A stretch of DNA of 63,401 nucleotides, counting the filler, from Globobulimina sp. (Eukaryota): the NCBI GenBank assembly GCA_003354225.1. It is 39 parts of 39 records of this genome, joined end to end, with 100 filler letters (N's around TTAATTAATTAA, not from the genome) between each part and the next. Parts side by side here need not be neighbours in the genome. Positions count along the whole stretch, not along the records: positions 24,437 to 25,965 come from PIVH01015263.1; positions 26,066 to 27,594 come from PIVH01015264.1; positions 27,695 to 29,223 come from PIVH01015265.1; positions 29,324 to 30,851 come from PIVH01015266.1; positions 30,952 to 32,479 come from PIVH01015267.1; positions 32,580 to 34,107 come from PIVH01015268.1; positions 34,208 to 35,735 come from PIVH01015269.1; positions 35,836 to 37,363 come from PIVH01015270.1; 31 more parts are not named here. One strand, given 5' to 3'. The position numbers were made by a program, and so were the translations under genes. Positions 24,437 through 37,363 of the stretch are shown piece after piece (positions within the stretch are counted from its first letter, which is position 1; every line of letters begins with the position of its first letter). Under the pieces are notes generated by a model. That model saw nothing but the letters and a program-made list of their open reading frames with translations, made no database searches and was not told where the DNA came from.

Positions 24437-25279
24437 CCAATAGTTTCTGCTTTCACATAGCTTCCAGTCAACGGTTCGAATGATAATGGAATATTATATC
24501 CATCCACTAACGACACATCATAATAATCATTTTGCTTTTCAGTGTTAGCTAATGTAAATTCGGCAATTGATGTCGGAGCTGCTGGACCTGCACAGTCATA
24601 GTTTCCAGTGATTTCATCCACACCACAACAGGTTCCATCTGCTCCCATCTTATTAAATGGTGCCCAGCATTGTCCTGTATCACAAGAGAATGGATTAAAT
24701 GTAGCACTATAATCCATATCATAATCACAATTTGTTCTTGCCCATATAGCACCACCTTGTAAGTTAGGGATGGTGATCACTTCTTGTTGATCAACATTCA
24801 GTTTCCATCCGCCGTTATGTGGTATCTGGTCTGCTTCAAATATACCTTTGTTTTGGATAATAAAAAATAAATAAATTATGTAGAATGTTTTTCAAAAAAA
24901 AAAACTGTAACTTACCGGTTGTCCAAGATCTACCATTAAAACCAACCCATACTGGAAATTCACATTGATTCTCAATGACAAACTGTCTCGTTGTCTTAAA
25001 TGGTTTGGATAATGGAGGAATCCCATTGTTGCCAGGCAATGGGCATCGAGCATCATCACCACAAGTTGTTAAATTAATACCTTGTGGACAGTCACTTAAT
25101 GGATTATTTGCAGTGGGGTCGTTATAATTACATTGTCGGCATACATATGTCTTCGGAGCTAAACATCCAATCCCGCCATTTTGACAGGAAACATCTTCAA
25201 TGCAAGCAACAGATCCATGTACAGTCTGAAGTACTGCTAATAACGCAATGGTTGGTATTAAAATCATCATTGATCGCAT
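24437..25279 (-). CDS. Thaumatin-like (PR-5) protein with signal peptide and Cys-rich N-terminal module; intron 24834-24915; 3' truncated
   Basis: FVIENQCEFPVWVG, GAIWARTNC, SCDTGQC, PTSIAEFTL, DYYDVSLVDGYNIPL. Confidence 0.92.
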
Positions 25280-26065
25280 TGTACGTCTAATAAATACTGG
25301 GAATTCGAAGGTTAATTAACGTTGTTATGTTTTTAATTTCTACGGAGATTGCACAGAAATAGAATTAATAATTCACAGTTATACACAAATTATAATTGGA
25401 GCCGCAGCTGCAACTCCTCAACGATTGCTTGACGACACATCGCTTGCAAATATAAGAAACATTCGTTGTTCGTATAAATGTTTAGTTTTTATAATATTGA
25501 AACAAAATTAGTTTCTGCTAATCATGCTATATGCGGTGAATTATGATCGCATTGATGCTAATTATGATCGTCGCAAAATAGAATTTGACCACCTTTAAAG
25601 TGTCTATTACAATGAACATATTGTTTGTCTTTATCCACATCATTATAATAATATGTTGTCTTAACGCAATATCTCAACATTCATTATTAACGCAAAATAA
25701 AAACCAACAACGTTTTGATGACACATTCATTATTACATTGCAAGAAATCGATATTAATTCATTTGTAAATGGAAATGGAGCAACTCGAGAAGCAATCGCC
25801 GAGATTGTAGTACGTAAGAGGCGCCTGATCGATATTGCGCTGGATCCGTTCCGCAATCTGGAAGGCTGATCAAACACCTTATTATAATTTAAACGGGCAA
25901 ATAACATCCACCGAAATATTAAATGAAGGAGTACTCGATGGGATTTATGAAGAATTCCATGAAACNNNNNNNNNNNNNNNNNNNNNNNNNNNNNNNNNNN
26001 NNNNNNNNNTTAATTAATTAANNNNNNNNNNNNNNNNNNNNNNNNNNNNNNNNNNNNNNNNNNNN

Positions 26066-26614
26066 TCGCAAGAATTATGCGGTGCTGGCAAAGTCGTGGC
26101 GTATTCACCGCAGAGGGACACCTCACTGATCACTGCGACGCAAAATAACTGGCAAGTTCTCGGCGTTGATGACTGGTCCTTGGACTCTGGCGTTATGTTA
26201 GTGCCTTGCGGTGGTACTGCGTTCACCGACGATGGCTTGGATTGTTTACTTGATGCTGGATATGAAAATTTATGCTTTTATAGCAATAATAGTCTATGGA
26301 ATGGCGAGAGAGACTTTGCAATTCATCCAGCACTGTGCAGTGATAATAAACCCGTTTATCGGTATATTATATATAATAATTCGGATGGAAATGATGATGA
26401 ATTTGGAAATCAAAATGAATATATTGGGAGAAACGATTCTAACGTTTTAGCGTTTGATTCGTTGATGGGCTGGTGGGTTAACACACGACTTGTCAAAATA
26501 CAGAATATTTTAACACGTTGGATACAGAAACTATTCACGTTTATGTTTCTTTCAATTATAATGTTTCTAGCGCCTCGTCTGATAAACAGACTTAAGAGAA
26601 GTTTTTTAAATTAA
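26066..26614 (+). CDS. Hypothetical extracellular-type protein fragment
   Basis: Open frame from the contig edge with Cys/Trp pattern. 3' structure uncertain. Confidence 0.4.
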   Translation, partial: SQELCGAGKVVAYSPQRDTSLITATQNNWQVLGVDDWSLDSGVMLVPCGGTAFTDDGLDCLLDAGYENLCFYSNNSLWNGERDFAIHPALCSDNKPVYRYIIYNNSDGNDDEFGNQNEYIGRNDSNVLAFDSLMGWWVNTRLVKIQNILTRWIQKLFTFMFLSIIMFLAPRLINRLKRSFLN

Positions 26615-26821
26615 ATGAAAGATTAAAGTTTTTTACAAAGATAAAAGAATCCAAACACAAATTGTATGGAGACATTTTTATGTTTGTAAATATTAACAAC
26701 ACACAATTAAAATCAAACACAAAAAATAGTAAAACAATATGTAAACATGAATAAATAAAATAAAAACAATTTTAAATAGAAGTTATAACATTATTAATAT
26801 TGATTGTTTGTTATGCAAATT

Positions 26822-27594
26822 TTATTTCCATTCATGATGTTCACGTAAAAATGAATTGATATTTTTACAATATGTATTAACAAATTGTATTTTAAAATGT
26901 TTTAAGTGCTCAGGAATGAAATCAAAAGCACGCCGATAACTATTTTGAATACCAGACGTGTCATAAATCCGGTCATACGGAATAATAATTCTTTTTGTGT
27001 GACTATCTTTTTCTTTTTGTTCGGTTTTTTGTTGATTGGTTAACAGATTAAAGTTTATTTTATTTTTAATATATTTATTTTTATATAAATAATATTGTTT
27101 GCTGTTCAATATATTATCGTCTTTAATTTTCTTTCTACGATAATAATTTTTGATTATTTCTATGCGATTTTCATATTTAACATGTTTTCCATTCCTAATA
27201 TCACTCTCATTCCATCCTCTTTCAATTAACTTGTTTGTGATAAAAACTTTGTTCAATCGAAAATTCCGTTTATTTGAGTTTGTTATCATTGTGTTTTGAT
27301 ACAATGACGACGTAAGGCTGCGAATTATTTTATGTTTATCACAGTTGGATGATGGCGTGGTGTATGGGAATGTACTCATTGGTTTATAATATTGTTTGTA
27401 GGCCAATTTGTTATTGTTATAATCAATGTAAATAGTAATATTTGTGATATCTATTTTATTATTTGACACAATCACTTCTTTTAATGGTATTACAACGTTT
27501 TGGGGATAGAAGGATTGGATTTGTTGTTGGTGAATGTGATTATTAGTCTCATCATCATTATCTGTCATAATTGCTGCTATGTCATCCATATAAT
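26822..27594 (-). mobile_element. Penelope-like retroelement reverse transcriptase, C-terminal half
   Basis: YMDD at the contig edge, DITNITI, YYKPMSTFPYTTPSSN, KLIERGW; this is the PLE thumb pattern. Confidence 0.75.
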
Positions 27595-27694
27595 NNNNNN
27601 NNNNNNNNNNNNNNNNNNNNNNNNNNNNNNNNNNNNNNTTAATTAATTAANNNNNNNNNNNNNNNNNNNNNNNNNNNNNNNNNNNNNNNNNNNN

Positions 27695-28261
27695 GCGTTT
27701 TATTGGGTTTCTTAAAATTATATAAAAATAAACTTTCTTTTTATACAAATTTGAGTAAAATGTTAGCAAATTGGCCGCCAGCTGGTTATGGAAGTAAATG
27801 GGTGTGGTTTCGCTTAAAATCAATGATTTATTTTTTTTATTTGTTATATTTGTTCCTTTGATCAGAAGTTCAAAGTAATCGTTGAATGTGCACACATTGC
27901 AGTTATTAAAATAATGCGTTTCACCGAGTATCATATATTCGAATTGTTGTTGATTTATTAAAGGCAAATATTGCACCGATGCATGGAGTAATTTATAAAA
28001 AAATGTAGTTCCACATTTAACTCCGCCGATACCAACGAGTAATTTAAATGGAATTTTAGAAATATTGTCCTCTTTTTTAAACTGCAAATGATAATCAATG
28101 ATTGATTGTATTTTTTTATCTGTATCATCTTTGATGAATGTCAACAATTTGTAATGTATAATATGTTTTCCTTGATACATTTCAATATATATAACAATAT
28201 ATATCATTGCAATAATCACCACGCACAAAATACAACAGCTAATTAATGATTTGTTGGACAT
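27695..28261 (-). CDS. Type II membrane sulfotransferase (heparan-sulfate 3-O-ST-like / Sulfotransfer family), 3' truncated
   Basis: N-terminal TM, 5'-PSB GIGGVKCGTT, ETHYFN, ETTPIYF, IILRNPIKR. Confidence 0.85.
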
Positions 28262-28407
28262 GATCAACAGAAGCACTCTAACTGTAGTTTTGAAAAACAT
28301 GTTAAATTTGGAAATGACAACGAAAATTTGATGAACGTGTGTACAAAAACAAAAATATAATGTACAAGGATACATATCCCGGCACCAAGATATACAAAAT
28401 ACGCTTT

Positions 28408-29033
28408 TTATTCCATTGATGCTGTTTTTTCTTGTAATTCAATTCCATGTTTTATATTTTTAGCAGTTTGATTTCCTTTTTCCTTTTCAGTTTGTTCCTG
28501 ATTAACCAAAGCAATTTCATTTAAATAATCTCTGGCATCCGATTCTGATCGCATTGAACTGGTAACTTGCGAATATAATGATTTCTTTTGATCATCCGAA
28601 GGCACTCTATTTTCTACTTTTTTTGAAGTATATTTAAGTGCAATCGTGACAATCACAAAAACAATAACTGAAATAAACGAGGTAGAAAGCGGCCAACTCG
28701 AGCTCTCAAATATAAATACGACAATGATGGAAATTAGCCAAATCACATGTGTCCTATACCACAATTCATGCCACATATACTGCTTCTTCCATTTATACCA
28801 TTTCTGATCAAACTCTTTCTCTGATCTCTTGTCATTTGCTCGATTATACACCAAATACAAGGATATTATCATTGGTAGCCACCCCAAAAGTACATATATC
28901 AAACCACTATAAATTACACATATATAAAAGCCCTCAACTCACATCGGGTAAAAAGTGTATAAGACACTAAAGGCCTGTATATAATTTATATTGAAAGCAT
29001 TACGTAATCAGCGCCAACGGACAAACCAGCCAT
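28408..29033 (-). CDS. Multi-pass membrane protein (spliced, with 29- and 36-nt introns); 5' boundary uncertain
   Basis: Several TM segments, plus upstream mini-exons bounded by GT..AG. Confidence 0.55.
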
Positions 29034-29173
29034 AAAATAAATAAAATGCTAATTCTCGTTACATTACGTTTAGAAAGAAGAGTTGCAAACCTTGTATCCA
29101 GTCCCCACTGCATTTTAACAGAACATCCATAATGTAAAATTAAAGAGGATCTGAATTAATATCTCAATCGAAT

Positions 29174-29199
29174 AAAAAAAGGAGGGATCGCTCCCTCCT
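29174..29199 (-). terminator. Intrinsic-terminator-like hairpin
   Basis: AGGAGGGA-GCGA-TCCCTCCT stem-loop followed by a T run on the minus strand. Confidence 0.5.
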
Positions 29200-29323
29200 C
29201 CAAAACTTCAAAACAACCAGCAGNNNNNNNNNNNNNNNNNNNNNNNNNNNNNNNNNNNNNNNNNNNNTTAATTAATTAANNNNNNNNNNNNNNNNNNNNN
29301 NNNNNNNNNNNNNNNNNNNNNNN

Positions 29324-30083
29324 GTTGTAAAATAGCTTTTGCTGAATGAAAATTAGTGGGTGCTTCTTGAGTCAAGGTCTCACGGACAAGAAAGCCAATC
29401 GGCCATGAACCAGTCATGCCTTTCTTTAAGTTTTTCCAAAAACCATCTCCAGTCACTCGAAAATTTACGGAAACACTGAATCCATTCTGACCGTATCTTA
29501 AACCCGTTAATATACCAACATATCCAGCCCATGATGTGGCCACACAAACTGCTTTCTCGTTTCTATAAAATTCAACCTCAATAGTCATTGGTCGGAGAAA
29601 CGCCATCTCCCAATCCATTGTTCGTATATGTATTGGTTTGCCATTCGAGTCATTGCATACAATGGAAGTACAATGAGCTGATGCCTCATATATTAATTGC
29701 ATTACAACTAATAAACCTAATGACATATTGGATTGATTAGCGATTGCTTTTAGTTCGTCTTTGTAATAAACTGCGCCACATTTTGTTAACGTAGACATTG
29801 TGGACAATACTAATGATTTCAGAAACGTTCCAGTTTTACCTAATTCTTCAGATATTAAATCGTTGATTATTTTCTCAATGCGTTTGAAATGATCTTTGTA
29901 ATCATTAATTACAGTTTGCCATCGTTTGTTTGGTGGGTCATCCAGATTCACCTTTTTTTTTAATTTCATTATATTGATGCTTTTCAAAAGATAGATATAA
30001 TATCATACACGGTATCGAGGCACAGCATTCTTGCTTTTGTTTTCTGGTTTCTTTGTCTCTTCGTCTTCAGTCGCTTGTGCCAT
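29324..30083 (-). CDS. Acid ceramidase / N-acylethanolamine acid amidase family Ntn-hydrolase; intron 29952-30008; 3' truncated
   Basis: VNLDDPPNKRW, IYE..H/CTSIV (nucleophile Cys), HIRTMDW, WAGYVGILTG, FSVSVNFR. Confidence 0.92.
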
Positions 30084-30225
30084 GTTTTACAATCTATTTA
30101 CAAGCAGTTAGATCTGTTGTCCTTGCACAAGAAACAAAAGGACGCTCCCAACACGGCTTCATAGTTCAATATGTTTTAAAGTGACGCGCTCGAAATATAT
30201 TTTAAATGAATAAATAAATAAGCTC

Positions 30226-30851
30226 CTAAAATTTGAGTACATTTGAGTTGCTGTAACCAATTTCATTCAATAATGTTCGCATTGTTCTATTAAACGAAGG
30301 AGGCCCACAATACATTACCACGACATCATCATTTGGCGGATATATATGCGTTTGAATGGTATCGCGGTCAATACGTCCAACACCACCTTTCCATTCTTCT
30401 TTATTGTCATCGGAGGCGGTTAGCTTCGAAACAGTATAATATATTTTTATATTTTTATTATTTTCACTCATTTCATGTAATTCCTCTTTTAATAATATGT
30501 CACTTTCCGTTTTATTCGAAAATATCAATGAAATTTGTGTGTGGTCCTCTGCTTTATTTTGATTTACACTTTTTAATATTTGATAAATTGGCGTTATGCC
30601 AGTTCCTCCACACAACATTCCGATTTTATTCACATTTACATCTCTAAACTTACCAATTCCTTCTGTGATTTTTAAGTGTGAGGCTCGATCATAATGAATG
30701 TTACCTAATGGCCCTTTACATTGTAAATAGTCACCAATGGCTAATCCATTTAATTGCTGTGTCATTTCCCCATCAGAGTATATTTTAATTAATAATTCAA
30801 AGTATCCGATGTCGCCATCATTTGATATTGGAGTATACGCTCTAATTAGCG
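30226..30851 (-). CDS. NADH-cytochrome b5 reductase-type FAD/NAD module (5' truncated)
   Basis: RAYTPIS, IKIY..GEMTQ, KGPLG, GGTGITP, FSNKTESDILL, CGPP, terminal F. Confidence 0.92.
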
Positions 30852-31841
30852 NNNNNNNNNNNNNNNNNNNNNNNNNNNNNNNNNNNNNNNNNNNNTTAAT
30901 TAATTAANNNNNNNNNNNNNNNNNNNNNNNNNNNNNNNNNNNNNNNNNNNNATTTTGATTCATCGCGAACGTGTATTATACCTCATATTGGATATAAAAA
31001 CGGGAATGGAAATTATCACAAACTGACAGTTACGTCATTGACATAATGTGCTGGCACTTTACTTGTTTTGTCATTTCATGTTATTTCCTGTGATGAAATT
31101 AAATGTTATTTGTATATAAATGGTACTGTCACAAGATTCTTCCCAGCTGATATTATTAATATATTACCTAAATATTTTGATCTTGGTTTTGCGAAAAATA
31201 AAGAGTTTATACAAAGTCAAGATGTACTACAAACTGTTCAGGAAATGACTCCTAAATTACGTGATTATGCTTTCGAATCTTTTTATAATCAATATAGAAT
31301 AAAATAAAATCATGGTACAGTATGTGTATGCTTGTAAAAATGTCATTGTACAACATAAAATATTCTATATATTCTTGGTAATGTCACTGGCAAACAATAG
31401 CATCTAAGTCATCCATGTATACTCAAATAACGTTCTTTATACAGTTAACTCAAATCCGTATTTTTCCACTTCAAGTTTTATGTTCGTATGATTGAACATG
31501 TCACATACATCAGATGTTTGTTCTATCTGTTTGTGATCAAAAACAGACAATCAAGAAATTTCATAAAGATTGTATTATTACTGTTAGGGTCATACTCATC
31601 AATTTTGAGTCAAATCAAATTTATTTGTACATGTTGGAATAAATACATAGAAACATCCAACGTGTCCAGAATGCAGAGAACTAACAAGTAATGAAAGAGT
31701 GGATGAAACATCGTTAAACGCTGAGTTTTGATACATAACCCCCGTGGTTAGATAACCCGTCTCCTTTGTATACAAATCGATCAATATACTGTTCAGTTTG
31801 TATTCACCAGAGGGGGTTGGGTTATTTATTAAAACTCATCG

Positions 31842-32445
31842 TTAAATTAAATCAGCACATATAAAGCAACGTGTTGTTTGATTAAAAACCATGAGTATGT
31901 TGTTCCGATCAGTTACGTCCAAAACAAATGTATAAATACACCTATCAACATTTTTATTTCTTGCACAAAACATTTCTTTCATATATTCTGCTGATTCATC
32001 GAATGAATGTATATCTCCGACATAATCCGCAAAAACAGGACAAACTGTAATTGGAATTGATTGTATTTTTTCATAAAATATATCCTTTTTAGTCAAATAT
32101 AACACAATTGGGTTATATCTAAACGCATAATGATTCACAACCTCTTCAAACAATTGTACTTGTTTCATCATCTCATTTTCACCTTTTTCCCACAGTATTT
32201 CATGATTAAATCCATTAACTCTTCTGGTACATCATTCAAATTATATGAATTATTCACAAATCCAAAAACTAATGCATCCAAATCTTGCATTTTGAATGAA
32301 TCATAACATGCCAAAGATGCTACGAATACCATACAACTGACATTATCAAAATGATGGATCCATTTCTTCCAATTTAACTGCTGATTTGTTTCAATAGCAT
32401 AAATGTCACGGCCGCGGACTTGTATCTTTAGTTCTGATACAGAGG
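31842..32445 (-). CDS. Divergent heterotrimeric G-protein alpha subunit, C-terminal half, with a frame change at ~32185
   Basis: WKKWIHHFDNVSCMVFVASLACYD, NEMMKQVQLFEEVVNH..F, IVLYLTKKDIFYEKI, IYTFVLDVTD. Confidence 0.85.
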
Positions 32446-32679
32446 CTGTTTATTGGTATAATATAATATATTTACAGTGNNNNNNNNNNNNNNNNNNNNN
32501 NNNNNNNNNNNNNNNNNNNNNNNTTAATTAATTAANNNNNNNNNNNNNNNNNNNNNNNNNNNNNNNNNNNNNNNNNNNNAGTAATCCTTTATTTCTATAA
32601 TTTCTATTATGTAGCATATAGTGTTTGTATAACAACTTTGTCTGTAATGTGGTGTTCACTACTTTGACTCAGTATAATA

Positions 32680-33995
32680 TTTATATATATATTTAATATT
32701 TATTCGCATTGGGATATGCACTGATAAAAGTATAGTTAGTAAACATCAAGCACATAAGATACAGAAGAAGAAAAAAGGTTAGTAAGCCACATTAAATCAC
32801 ATAGTATCTTCTGTTGAGATGACAGCAAGAATATCTTTTATTTCTTTTGTGGTCAAGCCACATTCTATTTCTCCATCAAGGCAGCAATTCAATTCTTTAA
32901 TTTGCGCAGCAATTCTGTTGTTTTCTTCATTCTGCATGGGAGCAATGATGTCACATAATATGCGCTTGTTCGCCGAAATAGTTGATATTGGACATCTATC
33001 AGCAACAAGTGCAATTTTTGAAACGATTTCGTTCTCTGACAATTCCATCATATGAATAAATTTTCTGGTCCTACTAAACACCTGTTGAAGCAAGTTGATA
33101 TTTTGAGCAACAACTGGAAGTACAGCAGAATGTGCTCGCCATGGAAGGCGCCATATTTTCCGCTGTATAATATTCCAAGCCGTTCTCACTCTATCAAGTG
33201 CTTGACAATCAAGGCGCCATGCTTGGCTGCCATATAATGCAGTGGCATATGTTTGGATTAACTTGCTTTTCAGACTAGCAGGGACAACACCAAAAGCATG
33301 GTTTACATAATTAGCCTGTCTTACAAAGTGATTTCGTTTCTGTTCAATGTCTATTGTGTCCTGAAGATCATAGGTGATATTGGCGCCTAGATGGCGGAAG
33401 TTGTCAACCCATTCGATCTCCCGACCTGCAACAGAAATAGTAGGAGTGACTCGATTTTTAATCCGTTTTGAACAGAATAACACACACTTTGTTTTAGTAG
33501 GATTAAATTTCATTTTATATTCAGTACCATAGTTTTCAATGGTTTTTATCATTGACTTCAGACCATCAGCAGTTGGACACAGCAATGTGATGTCATCAGC
33601 ATAGGCCAGCGCGCCAACATACAAGCCATCAATTTGACAGCCAATTTGTTGACACTTCAGCCTTAGCAGTAGTTCATCAACATACACTGTAAACAATACG
33701 GCTGACAGTATTGCACCTTGCCTGACACCATTCTTCACCATGAAGTGGTTGGATTTCATCGAATTCCATGTGACAGATACTCTCTGTCTCTTGTAGCTAT
33801 CAAGCAAAACCCTTAAAAAGGGGACTGGCAAACCCCTGTCAACTAAGAGACAAAATAGTTTTGGAAATGATACCAAATCAAATGCCTTTGTCGCATCAAC
33901 AAAACAAGCATACACATTGTTGCCTCCATGCCAATAGTGCTGTACAACTTCTTTTAGCACAGTGGTACACATAGTGGTCGAGTGATGTTGCTTGT
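32680..33995 (-). mobile_element. 5'-truncated non-LTR (LINE) retrotransposon; RT ORF 32797-33972
   Basis: HSTTMC, FVDATKAFD, NGVRQGAILS, LAYADD, FNPTKT, HLG. AATAAA plus a (TA)n-like tail downstream. Homology stops at ~33995 with no endonuclease. Possibly from a different (animal) genome. Confidence 0.93.
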
Positions 33996-34207
33996 ATCAG
34001 TTGTTTGCCTAAGTTGACACCCCGCTTTTTAAAATGACACCCGACATTTTTTAGAGATTGCAAAAAGCAAATTTTTGCTAAAAATTCCTGAAAATGAAAA
34101 ATTGCACNNNNNNNNNNNNNNNNNNNNNNNNNNNNNNNNNNNNNNNNNNNNTTAATTAATTAANNNNNNNNNNNNNNNNNNNNNNNNNNNNNNNNNNNNN
34201 NNNNNNN

Positions 34208-35735
34208 TTATTTTTCGGTGACAACGGACCTGTTTTGTGTTTGTACATATTTCCAAACGGTATACAAATGTGCACTGTTCACACCTTTCTGTGTCTGTTT
34301 TTTCTTTTTTTTCCCAACATTTGGCGTAGATTTCCTAGTTCCCCGTCCTTTATTGCTCGGTGCCACTTTGCTGGGTTTTGTCGGCGGGCTTTTACTTGAT
34401 TTTGATTTGGGCGCAACCGGTGCGTTTTTGCATGGTTTTCGTGGTGTTTTCTTTGCTTTGTTTCGAATTCTGCTTTTTTTATTAATATTTTTCACTCCAT
34501 TTGGCGCTGCAGCCACTTTGATTGCTTTCGCTGTATACGTCACAGTCTCGATTTGGTCCATATTTATAACAATACTCTTCGAGGAATTCGCGTCGGTCAA
34601 TGGATTATAACCGCTCTTCTTAAGCTTACCTTTCTTTTTCTTCATCGACGCTTTGGATGACTGCGAATGCGATATCGATGGAGGTGCTTTGGACGGCAAT
34701 TTCTTGCTCGTTTTCTTCTTTTTTTTTGCTTTCTTCCTTGCTTTTTTAGCATGAATATCATCATCTTGCTCTTCTGCTTTATGCTCACTATGAATCTCCA
34801 TTTTATCCGCAATCTGATGCTGTTGCATAGTGTCCGATGCCTTTCGTAAATGTTTAATGGTATTCTCTGGCAAATTGACGGCATATTCGATATCGTCCTG
34901 GGTGACAGAGACACGTTTCTCGAATTTCTGTTTCTGATACGTTTGGGGATGATGCAATGGCTCCTTTCCATGATTGGTGATCCAATCATGAACCATGGCC
35001 TGTTGCAGCGTGATTCGTTTGGATGGGTCTTTCAACAATATCTTCGCTAAAAAATCGCGCAGATTGTCGTCAATATGCAAGTCGTCCATCGGCGGCTCAT
35101 AGGACTGGATCTTGTCGTACGTATCGTAGATGCCGTCGCCAGCAAAGGGGCAGATCCCTGTTATCATCATATACAAAGTGACGCCCATCGCCCAGACATC
35201 GGTGGGGTACGCACTGAACGATTTGCTGCCAGCCTCTGGCGCAGTAAATGCCGGCGTGCCTTGGGAGCGCGAGATCTTGCCGTCGGCATTGGGGCAATTC
35301 TCCTCATCCAAAATGAAGCTGACGCCGAAATCTGCGATTTTTAACTGGTCCTCGCTGGATAATAAGAGGTTTTCGGGCCTAAAGGATAAGGGATAAACAT
35401 ATAGACGTTGCGGAGTGCGATGTATTTGGGATTAATTAACTTGATGTCGCCGTGAATTATGTCATTCGAATGTAGATAGTCCAGACCTAATATCATATCG
35501 CGGATATATTTACGTATTAAGTTATGGTCCTTCATCGGCTCACATTTGGCTTCTGCTCCCTTTTCGCCTTAGAAATGCAAACAAATTATATTTTTATAGG
35601 TATTTTTGGGCATAGTTACCTAACACAGAGCCATTGCCCATGTAATCGATGACCATGTATAATTTGTCATTGTTGGGATCGTCGATGACTTCAAATATTT
35701 TGATTAGATTTGGATGGTTTAATTTCTTCATAATA
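34208..35735 (-). CDS. CaMKK/GRIK(SnAK)-like Ser/Thr kinase with Lys-rich tail; introns ~35568-35618 and 35379-35440; 5' truncated
   Basis: IMKKLNHPNL..EVIDDP..DKLYMV, HGDIK|PEN, DFG, GTPAFTAPE, DVWAMGVTLY. Confidence 0.9.
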
Positions 35736-36777
35736 NNNNNNNNNNNNNNNNNNNNNNNNNNNNNNNNNNNNNNNNNNNNTTAATTAATTAANNNNNNNNN
35801 NNNNNNNNNNNNNNNNNNNNNNNNNNNNNNNNNNNAGAAAGCTAGTAAAAAAGAGTGGCATTATTGAGTGGCATTATTTGTGGCGGCAGTCTTCACACTA
35901 GCTATCATGCCGGAGAAATTTATAGCCACAGTTGTCATTGTCGCAATTGGATCATACACTTTAGCGACTATTATAAGTCCACAAAAAAAAGAAACAAGAC
36001 ACAAAGCATCAAAATCAATGATTGGTATTTACACCGAGCGGTTTAGCTGTGAAGACAAATCCGAGTATGATTTAATTGGCCAAGCATTAATTAAAGAAGA
36101 TTTTACAACATTTGCATTGGACGATGATTAGCAAAATACGTACTAAAAATATCCAGATTTAAACTTTTAAAAAATTAAAAGTTAAAATATGTACAGGTAC
36201 ATTTTTCTTGTCGATAAATCTTCTGACATCGATCAACTCCGTCTGTTTACCAACAGTTAAAAACCACATAATTGAACAACATTCGATTGCATTTTTTGAC
36301 TGTGCGTAAACAGACAGAGTTTTGATTTCCGTTTTCTGACAGCATATATCTGGAGCCATCAATCCCTCATTCAAAATTTGTGAAACTGTCGAAACTATTT
36401 TGTTGTGTTGTGTTGTATGAAAGTAAATTTAGAGCTTGTTTATATAAAATGTCACTGTATTTTTATCATTTTTTTCAATTTATAATATATATACTACGTA
36501 TGCCTATATTAAAACCATTAAATGAATATCAAATGTTGGTGTACATGTTCTAATGATATGTTGTTATTACGGCATGTACACAGTACACAAGCTAGAAAAA
36601 TCTACCCGGCCACTTAAATTAAAACATATACACAAGTTGATTGTCTTCATTCTATGATAACAATATTTTTCTTCAAAACTCTAAAAAGATGCTAAAAATG
36701 CAAGTGGAAGGACTCGCAGCACAAGACTTATTGCGCTATTTTAGGACAGTTCTTTAAGCAAAGTTTTCTATTTTTTT

Positions 36778-37363
36778 CTATCCTCGCGCATAAAGGGAAA
36801 TTGTGCACTGAGTGCGAGATATCATGAAACGTGTTGACCAAAACCTAACGCAACATAAATATGTGTACGTAGAGTTAAGGCAAGTTTCTCCGCAATAGTT
36901 GTGTATATAGTATAGACGTATAGTTTCTTGATTTTTATTTATAAAATCAACCCGGATTTTACTGTAATCATGGTAGGCATCAAAGGATTTGAAATTTGCC
37001 TTATAGTATAACTTCTCATTTTTATATATTTCATCTTTAACGCGTCGTTTCGCTTTATTTCCAGAGGCTTCCAGTTCCATTATTTGAAGTTCATCCAGTT
37101 CCTTTTTTATGGATTTACTTTGTTTCTGCTGACTCCAATCTTCATACAAAAAACCTTCACCAGAATTATAATAAGCACAAGCCTCTTTAGTAAAAACAGC
37201 ATTACAGTCAACCATCTGATTTATATTCTCAATAGACTTATTTGAGTTTTTCTGTGAGGATATATTCTCCATATTTCGCTGTTCTATTTCGCGAACTTTT
37301 ATATAATTTTCATCGGCTTTTTGCTGAAATCCGAAACTTTCCTTTTCCAAACTTACAATCTCA
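36778..37363 (-). CDS. Hypothetical protein (5' truncated)
   Basis: About 190-aa open frame; no family recognised. Confidence 0.35.

Noticed and set aside
25585-25965. Possible tyrosinase-like secreted gene
   Set aside because: Frames are broken and no copper-binding His motifs lie within the contig, so no call can be supported.
29174-29199. Terminator hairpin as evidence of a prokaryote-style regulatory system in the eukaryotic contig
   Set aside because: It lies within 25 bp of the contig end; a chimeric tip or chance hairpin is more likely.
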